A DNA stretch of 33,960 nucleotides, from NCBI GenBank assembly GCA_017995735.1, contig JAGOIG010000002.1, positions 1 to 33,960 of the forward strand, read 5' to 3'. Below the pieces are notes generated by a model, which made no database searches, was not told the origin of the DNA, and was given only the letters and a program-made list of their open reading frames with translations. Each line of letters opens with the position of its first letter. The first letter of the stretch is position 1. The stretch comes from Candidatus Kapaibacterium sp. (GTDB taxonomy: Bacteria > Bacteroidota > Ignavibacteria > Kapaibacteriales > UBA2268). Below are positions 8,276 through 15,985 of the stretch, in pieces. Both the position numbers and the translations under genes were made by a program.

Positions 8276-10960
8276 TTATTGCTTTATTATTTTGCCAATT
8301 TCTTCTTTTCCATCTGCAATTATCTTATAGATATACATACCCGCTGATAGATTGGTTGCATCAATTTCAAAAGTATTTTCTCCCGTATTTTTCATCCCTA
8401 AATTAATATCCATCAATAATTTCCCTTGCAAATCAATAAGTTGGAATTTGATAGTAGATGAATTATCAAGGAATAATTGAACATTTAATTTGTCTTTGAT
8501 TGGGGATGGAAATATTGTTGTATTGAAATAATGCGTGATTGGAACAGAACTTAAATCCTCAGTTGTGAAAGACCATATATCAGACCACTCAGATTCACCA
8601 CCATCATTCCAGCCTCTTACTCTCCAATAAAGCAATGTCTTCTGAGGTAAATTATAAACAAGCTTTGAATTTGTCCAAACTTTATCGATATATTGTTCTA
8701 TTGTTGTAAATTCTGGATCTGTTGCAATCTGCAATCTATATCCAAGCACATTTGGAATTGTGTCCCACTTAAATTCAAGGTTTATTTTCTGATTAATTGC
8801 TCCTGAGTCAGGGAAAACAAGCTGAACTTTCCCAACAGGTGGCAATGGAATAGTTAGGAAAGAAAATGTTGTGCTATAACCCGATGAGCCTTGAATATTC
8901 AGAGCTTCTACCCTCCAATAATACTTACGATTATTGTCAAGTCCCTGGATTGAATATACGGTTGTGTCGAGTCCAAGCGTATCGATAAGCAGATTTTGGA
9001 AATTTGCATCGCTTGCAAACTGTAAATGATAGCTTTGGGCGTAGTTCGAAACACTCCATTTTAGTTCGACATCAATTGGAATCTTGTATGCGCCATTTGT
9101 AGGATAAATCAGAGTAGGAACTTGTGGTCTGATATATCCTGTCTTGAAATGATGAGTCGTTGTCCATTTACTTTCGCCTTCGAGATTCTTTGCACGTACT
9201 CGCCAATAATAATCAGTTGTTTCTGCTAAATTATCATATAGAACATTTAATGAAGTTATATTACGTTCAAATCTAAATATCTGTGTAAAACCTGTATCAA
9301 GAGCTAAATCTAAATCATATTTCAAGGCACCTTCGGGTGCTTTCCAACTTAATTTAACAAGTTGTGGTTCAATTCCTGTAGAATCATTTGGTGGAACTAG
9401 TCCGAATGGTGCGTCAATTTGCGTCTTGAAACTGAATACTTCGCTCCAAGTGCTTTCACAATCTTGATTGTGTGCTTTCACTCTCCAATAATAATTTTTG
9501 AAAAATGTAGTAAATGTGAAATCGCAATAATTTGTATTTAATAAAGTATCAAGCAGTAATTTGTCCATACTTGATGTATCAGATATTTGGAAAACATATG
9601 TTGTGCCTGTAATTCCAGGAGTCCATTGGAAATGTACCTTCAAGGGAACTGATACAGAATTAGGTTCGGGATAGATTGGAGATGGAGTTATAACAGCAGA
9701 TTGAAATGTAAAGGGTGTCGACCACAAACCGCTATTTGAAGCATTATCGACTCGTACCCGCCAATAATATTGAGTCATACTCGATGGAAGCGTAACAACT
9801 TGCTCTGATGAAGCAATTGAATCTATATCAATTACAATTGAATCGGTTGCAAAATTTTGGCTGGTTGAAACTTGTACTCTATAATATATAGCATTGAACA
9901 CGCTATCCCACATTAAATTTACATTAATTGGAATACATTTGTCATCATTTTGCGGTTGAGTAAGCACAGGAGCAACGTATGGTGTTTTTAGTGTTCTAAT
10001 CTCAGAAAATAAAGTTTGACATGTATCATCTCCATTAATGGGTGGCAGTTTTGCTGCAACCATCCAATAATGAGTAGTATTGTTAGTTTTTCCGAAATTA
10101 GCTAGTACTGTTGTATCTGCTGTTTGATACTCTGTATACGATGTAAAATCAGGAGTATTAGATACTCGGATTATATAATAAAATACATTTGGCAAACTAT
10201 ACCAATTTAAATTTGTGTTAAATGGAGGACCAGATTCAAATATCGAACCACCTTTAGCATTATTTTCGGGATATGCCAATATAGGACCTTTTTCTACTGT
10301 TGTGAACTTATAATCAATGCCTGCAACTGAATCCGACCAGCACCCACTTGCATATTGAAATGCTGTCCAAAAATATGTACCTGTAGATGTCAATAATATT
10401 TGTGCAGACATTGTTCCATGTACAATTGTTGGATTTGCTATTACTGTATCAATGGCACGAGTAGAAAAATTACGATTTGTGGAAATAATTATCCGTAAAG
10501 AATCGACTGTCTGGAGATATGTTTCAACTGTGAAGGTGCTTAATAAAGGCACACAACTTGTACTAACGGGTGATTTAGGTATAGCATAATCAGTTGTTGT
10601 TTTAAAAGTTCGTATAACAGAACTGTCTTTTCCGCCACTTAATAATATGGCTCTAACCTTCCAATAATATGTAGTTGATGGTAATAATGAAACATTAAAT
10701 GTTCCAAGTGCGTAAGCCTCGGTGGAAACTAAATCTGTTGAAATCCATGAACTATCGGGATTAAACGTTGAAGATTGAGAAAGAACAATATTATAATGAT
10801 CTACATTAATGATACTATTCCAATCGAAATATGGGTTTAAATTTACACAGGTTTGGTTATCAGCGGGCGCAACAAGTGTAATCGCTGAATAACTTTGCAT
10901 TGTGAAAAAAGTAAGAAAAATAAAGGGTAGTATTATCTTCCCCAGATTAATACTTCGCAT
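8276..10960 (-). CDS. Secreted T9SS cargo protein made of eight tandem ~95-aa fibronectin-III/Ig-like modules plus a Por-type C-terminal sorting domain
   Basis: The ORF-track frame is 8276..10999. I prefer the start at 10960 (MRSINLGKIILPFIFLTFFTMQSYSA is a signal peptide, and a GAGG Shine-Dalgarno lies about 6 nt upstream). The modules carry a recurring YYWRV(R/K/E)A ... W(S/T)..F.F.T motif. The last ~80 aa (FPSPIKDKLNVQL...GMYIYKIIADGKEEIGKIIKQ) look like a T9SS CTD. Confidence 0.85.
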   Translation of the reverse strand: MRSINLGKIILPFIFLTFFTMQSYSAITLVAPADNQTCVNLNPYFDWNSIINVDHYNIVLSQSSTFNPDSSWISTDLVSTEAYALGTFNVSLLPSTTYYWKVRAILLSGGKDSSVIRTFKTTTDYAIPKSPVSTSCVPLLSTFTVETYLQTVDSLRIIISTNRNFSTRAIDTVIANPTIVHGTMSAQILLTSTGTYFWTAFQYASGCWSDSVAGIDYKFTTVEKGPILAYPENNAKGGSIFESGPPFNTNLNWYSLPNVFYYIIRVSNTPDFTSYTEYQTADTTVLANFGKTNNTTHYWMVAAKLPPINGDDTCQTLFSEIRTLKTPYVAPVLTQPQNDDKCIPINVNLMWDSVFNAIYYRVQVSTSQNFATDSIVIDIDSIASSEQVVTLPSSMTQYYWRVRVDNASNSGLWSTPFTFQSAVITPSPIYPEPNSVSVPLKVHFQWTPGITGTTYVFQISDTSSMDKLLLDTLLNTNYCDFTFTTFFKNYYWRVKAHNQDCESTWSEVFSFKTQIDAPFGLVPPNDSTGIEPQLVKLSWKAPEGALKYDLDLALDTGFTQIFRFERNITSLNVLYDNLAETTDYYWRVRAKNLEGESKWTTTHHFKTGYIRPQVPTLIYPTNGAYKIPIDVELKWSVSNYAQSYHLQFASDANFQNLLIDTLGLDTTVYSIQGLDNNRKYYWRVEALNIQGSSGYSTTFSFLTIPLPPVGKVQLVFPDSGAINQKINLEFKWDTIPNVLGYRLQIATDPEFTTIEQYIDKVWTNSKLVYNLPQKTLLYWRVRGWNDGGESEWSDIWSFTTEDLSSVPITHYFNTTIFPSPIKDKLNVQLFLDNSSTIKFQLIDLQGKLLMDINLGMKNTGENTFEIDATNLSAGMYIYKIIADGKEEIGKIIKQ
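8561..10882 (-). repeat. Eight tandem protein-level modules (92-105 aa each) within the T9SS cargo gene
   Basis: In 907-aa ORF-track numbering, modules end at about aa 135, 234, 339, 434, 526, 620, 716 and 813. Each has a P-x-N/D entry, a conserved W, a (Y/F)(Y)W(R/K)V core and a terminal F-x-T. The modules are diverged at the DNA level, so they are not recent duplications. Confidence 0.75.
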
Positions 10961-11030
10961 AAATACCTCGTTTTTTATTAAATAATAATTCATTTTCATT
11001 TTATAATTTGAAAATTTATATTTTCAATTT

Positions 11031-11080
11031 ATATAAAGACAATAAAAATCAAAAAAAGTTACACTTTTTTTGAAAATTTC
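11031..11080 (-). promoter_or_regulatory. Candidate ECF-sigma-type promoter (TGTAAC-N16-TGTC) upstream of the 907-aa T9SS cargo gene; copy A of a shared element
   Basis: On the minus strand, TGTAAC is at 11063-11058 and TGTC at 11041-11038, with a 16-nt spacer. The element shares exact strings AAAAAAGTGTAACTTTTTT, TTTTTTGATTTT and ATTGTCTT with 18879-18927. Confidence 0.45.
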
Positions 11081-11487
11081 TATATATTTTTTTGAATATC
11101 TTTTAAAATACTCAAATCGTGTGCCAAATCTATTAAATTTCTAATTGCTCCGATGTTGCTATTAAAATAGACTTTGTCGAACTTTATATTCACAGTTTCT
11201 TCACCTAATTCAAGTAATTGATTAAGTAAAATTTTAAATTCAATTATATTTTTTTCAAATTCACTCTTTAAATTTTCTATTTGGAAAGAATCAGAAGAGC
11301 GATTAAGAATTTTGCTTAAATTCCATAGTGATTTCCCTGAAAAAATCAAAGATTTGATAATTTCGGATTGGTTGTATGTTGCTGCTATCTCCAAAATAAT
11401 TGCTAAATCGTTTGATTTTCGAAGATTATTTTCACTTATAAATTGCAAATAATCTATAACCCTTTGAGTATCTTCTGATATTTCCAT
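11080..11487 (-). CDS. Hypothetical small all-helical protein (135 aa)
   Basis: The ORF has no recognisable motif. It lies 32 nt downstream of the lipoprotein gene on the same strand, so it is probably the last gene of the fpr-lipoprotein operon. Confidence 0.55.
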   Translation of the reverse strand: MEISEDTQRVIDYLQFISENNLRKSNDLAIILEIAATYNQSEIIKSLIFSGKSLWNLSKILNRSSDSFQIENLKSEFEKNIIEFKILLNQLLELGEETVNIKFDKVYFNSNIGAIRNLIDLAHDLSILKDIQKNI

Positions 11488-11519
11488 AAAAATAATTTTT
11501 CAAAAAAATTTATTCAAAT

Positions 11520-12152
11520 TTAATATCTTACCGTTGCAAGCACAGAGAAGAATATTGTGTTCATTTCTGCTTCGCTTGGCAATGATAATCCTATTATATT
11601 CATAGGTATTAAACTGATTTCATAAATTTGTCCTATTGACGATTTAAATATAGCATTTAATGAAGGGAGCGATTGATTTTTATTACGATATTTGTAGACA
11701 ACGAATTCCAAATTCCCCGTTTTAAATGTTGAGAACTTACCAATTTGCATAAGTGATCCTGACGCTTTTCTCTCACGCTTTTCAAATGAAGCATTTGCAA
11801 GCCCAATCAAATGCTGGTGATTGTATATTTCATCAAGTATCTCATTTGAAGCGTAACGAGAAATTACTAATGATAATGTATAGTCAGGATTTACTGCGAT
11901 TGCCATAATATCGCTTGGTGTATTTTCTTCAAGATCCACAAAGAACCAATTTTTAGGAATAAAACTTATCATATCCCCATTTTCGGAACGTATAGGTTCT
12001 TCTGACATTTCTATTTGAGGACTAGGGATATACTGGATTTGCACCTCGTCTTTCTCTTTAGATGGCATTTTTACAATAAAGCACCCCTGAATAAAAACAA
12101 GAGATAATATTAATAAAAAAGAAAAATATGAAATTGCAAATCGTTTGACCAT
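11520..12152 (-). CDS. Hypothetical lipoprotein (~210 aa)
   Basis: The ORF-track frame extends to 12341 but overlaps the fpr 3' end. The internal ATG at 12152 gives MVKRFAISYFSFLLILSLVFIQGC, a signal peptide with a lipobox-like IQGC. This ATG lies 1 nt after the fpr TAG stop (12154-12156). Confidence 0.6.
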   Translation of the reverse strand: MVKRFAISYFSFLLILSLVFIQGCFIVKMPSKEKDEVQIQYIPSPQIEMSEEPIRSENGDMISFIPKNWFFVDLEENTPSDIMAIAVNPDYTLSLVISRYASNEILDEIYNHQHLIGLANASFEKRERKASGSLMQIGKFSTFKTGNLEFVVYKYRNKNQSLPSLNAIFKSSIGQIYEISLIPMNIIGLSLPSEAEMNTIFFSVLATVRY

Positions 12153-12153
12153 A

Positions 12154-12957
12154 CTACCACTTTTCAATATGTAATGAACCCGGTTCATTTGTTTTATGAA
12201 GTGTATACCCTCTTTCATAAAGTATATTCGAAATAGTTGCCACCATATTTGGATTGCCACATAAAAAGAAATGTGTTTTTTTAGGATCGATTTCGATACC
12301 TGCTTTGCTTTCCAATAATCCGTTTTCCAAATGCTCTTCAATATATCCCCGCAAGCCAGTCCAAGTCTCGTCCGCTTTTAGCAAAGTTGGAAAATAATAG
12401 AAATTTTTGAATACGTTTTGTATAAATGTTAGCTCGCTATAATAACCTAAATCCCATTGATAAGCCGCACCGTGAATTACAGCTAATTTTATGTTTTGAT
12501 GATCTGCAATATGTGAACGAAGAAAGCTTATATATGGCGCAAGCCCCGTTCCCGTTGCAATCATTGCAATATTGACACCATCAGGTACATCGTGTAATGC
12601 AAATACTCCAATGATTTTATTGCTCACCCATAATCGGTCACCAAGCCCTAAATTGAATAATCTTGGAGTCAACTGTCCGGATTTTACTTGGCTTATATAA
12701 AATTCAAAATCGTTTATTTCATTATTTGCTGATGCAATTGAATAAGGTCGTTTTATCATTACGTCACCCCCAATCTCTTTCAAGGGTACCGAAGAGTTTT
12801 CTGATCGTGGTTCTTTTCCTAATAATCCAATTGATGTATATTGCCCTGCTTTAAATTCGTTTCGTTGCTCATCAGTTCGCACCCTTAAAATCATTAAATC
12901 AGGGGTTAATAATATTTTCCCTACTACTGTTGCATTATATTCTCTTTCGTCACTCAT
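12154..12957 (-). CDS. fpr: Ferredoxin--NADP(+) reductase, bacterial Fpr type
   Basis: 267 aa, with the FAD-binding RPYSIAS motif (RxYS), the NADP-binding MIATGTGLAP motif, CGNPNM, and a C-terminal ...HIEKW ending in an aromatic residue as in the Fpr subclass. Confidence 0.85.
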   Translation of the reverse strand: MSDEREYNATVVGKILLTPDLMILRVRTDEQRNEFKAGQYTSIGLLGKEPRSENSSVPLKEIGGDVMIKRPYSIASANNEINDFEFYISQVKSGQLTPRLFNLGLGDRLWVSNKIIGVFALHDVPDGVNIAMIATGTGLAPYISFLRSHIADHQNIKLAVIHGAAYQWDLGYYSELTFIQNVFKNFYYFPTLLKADETWTGLRGYIEEHLENGLLESKAGIEIDPKKTHFFLCGNPNMVATISNILYERGYTLHKTNEPGSLHIEKW

Positions 12958-13066
12958 TTTATTTCTTTTACAATTGAAAATTTACAAATTTACAAATTAA
13001 AAATTATTTTGAAAATATTTAGTAAATTAGTTGTTTATAGAAAACTATAATAACAAAATAACAAAA

Positions 13067-13564
13067 ATGATAAAAAATAATCCAAATATAGCAATTTATC
13101 CAGGCACATTTGACCCAATTACAAATGGGCATATTGATGTAATCGAACGAGCAAGCCAATTATTTGATAAAGTTTATGTGGTAATTGCAATCAATCCTAA
13201 TAAATCCACTCTATTTTCAGAAGATGAGCGTATTGATATGGCAAAGCAGAGTCTTAGCTATCTTTCAAATGTTATTGTCGAGAGCTATCACGGCCTCACT
13301 GTTGATTTTGCAAAAAAAGTTAATGCGAGCACAATTATCCGGGGTATTCGCGCAGTTAGCGATTTCGAATATGAATTCCAAATAGCACTAATGAATCGAA
13401 AAATACAACCCGACCTCCATACAATATTTCTATTGCCAAATGAAAAATATACATATTTGAATTCAAGTATCATTCGCGAAATTGCGGGATACGGACAGGA
13501 TGTTAGCGATTTTGTTCCAAAAATTGTTCAAGAGAAATTAAATGAAAAATTTGCTCGTATTTAG
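13067..13564 (+). CDS. coaD: Phosphopantetheine adenylyltransferase
   Basis: IAIYPGTFDPITNGHIDVIERA (T/HxGH nucleotidyltransferase motif), ~165 aa. ATG at 13067 is preferred over the TTG-initiated track start at 13031. Confidence 0.93.
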   Translation: MIKNNPNIAIYPGTFDPITNGHIDVIERASQLFDKVYVVIAINPNKSTLFSEDERIDMAKQSLSYLSNVIVESYHGLTVDFAKKVNASTIIRGIRAVSDFEYEFQIALMNRKIQPDLHTIFLLPNEKYTYLNSSIIREIAGYGQDVSDFVPKIVQEKLNEKFARI

Positions 13565-13588
13565 GGGTTCATAATTTTGGACCCCTAA
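13561..13588. terminator. Possible bidirectional terminator hairpin between coaD and the aconitase gene
   Basis: TTAGGGGT (13561-13568) pairs with ACCCCTAA (13581-13588) around a 12-nt loop. It overlaps the coaD stop codon. The stem is short, so confidence is modest. Confidence 0.4.
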
Positions 13589-13591
13589 ATA

Positions 13592-15874
13592 TTATAATTT
13601 TATTGCTTTGTCCTGTTCCCTTAATTTAATTAAATTCAATGCAGAGCCTGCCTTAAACCATTCAATTTGAGCTTTGTTGTATGAGTGATTTGCCAGAATT
13701 TGCTCTGTACTCCCATCCTTATGGTGCAATACTATTGTCAATGGTTTACCGGGTTCAAAATTTTGCAATCCGATAATATCGATTGTATCATCTTCCTGGA
13801 TTTTATCGTAATCATCTTTATTCGCAAATGTTAAGGCAAGCATACCTTGTTTTTTTAAATTTGTTTCGTGAATGCGAGCAAATGATTTTACTAAAATTGC
13901 CTTAATTCCCAAAAATCGGGGTTGCATTGCTGCGTGCTCACGGGATGAACCCTCCCCATAATTTTCATCGCCAACAACAATTGAGCCAATGCCGTGCTTT
14001 TTATATTCTAACTGTACATCAGGCACGGGACCATATTCGCCTGTCAATTGATTTTTTATATAATTTGCCTTATCGTTGAAATAATTAATAGCGCCAATTA
14101 AGGTATTTTTTGATATATTTTCAAGATGACCACGATACCTGAGCCATGGTCCTGCCATTGAAATATGATCGGTTGTACATTTGCCTTTAACCTTTATTAA
14201 CAATTTCAAACCCTTTAAGTCATTTCCATCCCAAGGTTCGAAATTTGGAAGCAATTGCAATCGTTCGGAATTTGGATCAATTTTAATATCAATATTTGAA
14301 CCATCAACGGCGGGTTTTTGATAACCCATATCTATTACTTCAAATCCTTTAGGGGGCAATTCTATACCCGTAGGCTCATCAAATTTGACAGTTTCGCCTT
14401 TTTCGTTCGTTAATATATCTGTCAATGGATTGAAATCCAATCTGCCCGCGAAAGCCATTGCTGTAACTAATTCAGGAGAGGCAACAAAAGAGTGAGTATT
14501 TGGATTGCCATCATTTCGCTTTGCGAAATTACGATTGAAAGATGTGACGATTGAATTCGGTTCTTGCGAATAAGATTTACGGTACCACTGGCCTATGCAA
14601 GGACCACAAGCATTTGCAAGCACAACGCCTCCAACTTTTTCGAATATATCAATAAATCCATCTCGTTCAATTGTATATCGTATTTGTTCAGAACCAGGGG
14701 TTATAAAAAACTCACTTTTGGCTCTTAGACCCATTTCGTAAGCTTTTTTTGCAATTGAAGCAGAACGGCTTATATCCTCATAAGAAGAATTTGTGCAAGA
14801 ACCAATCAATGCTGCTGATATTTCAATGGGCCAGTTGTTTTCTTTTGCGGCTTTGCCAAATTCATCAACTGGAAATGCTTTATCGGGAGAGAATGGTCCA
14901 TTTATATGAGGTTTTAATTCATCAAGATTTATTTCAATAATTTGGTCAAAGAAATTTTCGGGATGTGCTAATACTTCAGGATCATCCTGTAGATGAACTT
15001 TAATAGAATCAGCAATTGTTGCAACTTCTTCACGTCCCGTCGCTTTCAGATATGTGCTCATTTTTTCATCATAATTAAATAACGACGTTGTGGCACCTAT
15101 TTCCGCGCCCATATTGCAAATTGTTCCCTTACCTGTTGCTGAAATTGTTTTAGCTCCCTCGCCAAAATATTCAACAATAAATCCTGTGCCACCTTTGACA
15201 GTCAAAATCCCTGCTATTTTTAGAATTATATCCTTCGGCGATGTCCAGCCATTCAATTTCCCTGTTAATTTAACACCCAGCAATTTTGGAAAACGCAATT
15301 CCCACGGCATATCTGCCATAACATCAACGGCATCTGCGCCGCCTACACCAATTGCTATCATTCCCAAACCGCCTGCATTTGGTGTGTGCGAATCAGTTCC
15401 AATCATCATTCCTCCTGGGAAAGCGTAATTTTCCAGTACTACCTGATGAATTATCCCCGCCCCTGGCTTCCAAAAATCAATTCCATATTTGTTTGAAACA
15501 GAAGACAAGAAATCATATACTTCTGAATTCATTTCTAAAGCTGCTTTCAAATCTTTTTCGGCACCATCTTTTGCCATAATTAGATGGTCGCAATGTACTG
15601 ACGCGGGTACCGCTACTTTCTTTTTGCCGGCTTGCATAAATTGTAGCAATGCCATTTGCGCTGTTGCATCCTGCATCGCTACTCTATCGGGACGAAAATC
15701 TACATAATCTTTCCCACGTGAAAATTCGCTTTGCAATGATTTGTCGTCAAACAAATGGCTATATAAAATTTTCTCAGCAAGTGTCAATGGCCGTTTTACT
15801 TTCTTACGGATATTTTCAATCTTTTTAGGCAATTTTGAATAAAAAAAGCGTATCTTTTCAATATCAAATACCAT
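13592..15874 (-). CDS. acnA: Aconitate hydratase (~760-aa mitochondrial-like type)
   Basis: Fe-S cluster cysteine contexts IGSCTNSS and [11 protein letters not shown], the substrate-binding [13 protein letters not shown] motif, and a swivel-domain C-terminus. Confidence 0.95.
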   Translation of the reverse strand: MVFDIEKIRFFYSKLPKKIENIRKKVKRPLTLAEKILYSHLFDDKSLQSEFSRGKDYVDFRPDRVAMQDATAQMALLQFMQAGKKKVAVPASVHCDHLIMAKDGAEKDLKAALEMNSEVYDFLSSVSNKYGIDFWKPGAGIIHQVVLENYAFPGGMMIGTDSHTPNAGGLGMIAIGVGGADAVDVMADMPWELRFPKLLGVKLTGKLNGWTSPKDIILKIAGILTVKGGTGFIVEYFGEGAKTISATGKGTICNMGAEIGATTSLFNYDEKMSTYLKATGREEVATIADSIKVHLQDDPEVLAHPENFFDQIIEINLDELKPHINGPFSPDKAFPVDEFGKAAKENNWPIEISAALIGSCTNSSYEDISRSASIAKKAYEMGLRAKSEFFITPGSEQIRYTIERDGFIDIFEKVGGVVLANACGPCIGQWYRKSYSQEPNSIVTSFNRNFAKRNDGNPNTHSFVASPELVTAMAFAGRLDFNPLTDILTNEKGETVKFDEPTGIELPPKGFEVIDMGYQKPAVDGSNIDIKIDPNSERLQLLPNFEPWDGNDLKGLKLLIKVKGKCTTDHISMAGPWLRYRGHLENISKNTLIGAINYFNDKANYIKNQLTGEYGPVPDVQLEYKKHGIGSIVVGDENYGEGSSREHAAMQPRFLGIKAILVKSFARIHETNLKKQGMLALTFANKDDYDKIQEDDTIDIIGLQNFEPGKPLTIVLHHKDGSTEQILANHSYNKAQIEWFKAGSALNLIKLREQDKAIKL

Positions 15875-15985
15875 ATTTTACCTTTTTTGAATTTTTTTAA
15901 AATTATTAATTGAAAATATTTTAAAATTACTTAATTTTCGTTAAATGGAAATATGAATTAATAAAAATATATTAAGATAACGTCA

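Noticed and set aside
11520-12341. Full 273-aa ORF-track version of the lipoprotein gene, which overlaps fpr by 188 nt
   Set aside because: The N-terminal 63 residues overlap the conserved C-terminus of fpr. An internal ATG at 12152 sits right after the fpr stop and begins a signal peptide with a lipobox, so I called the shorter version. The same reasoning applies to other track starts: 10999 becomes 10960, 13031 becomes 13067, 27555 becomes 27588, 29275 becomes 29281 and 4790 becomes 4793.
12958-13066. Direct repeat AAATTTACAAATTTACAAATT in the fpr-coaD divergent intergenic region
   Set aside because: It is a short, low-complexity A/T repeat, there is no second occurrence elsewhere in the window, and I know of no associated regulator. 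The evidence is insufficient to call a site.
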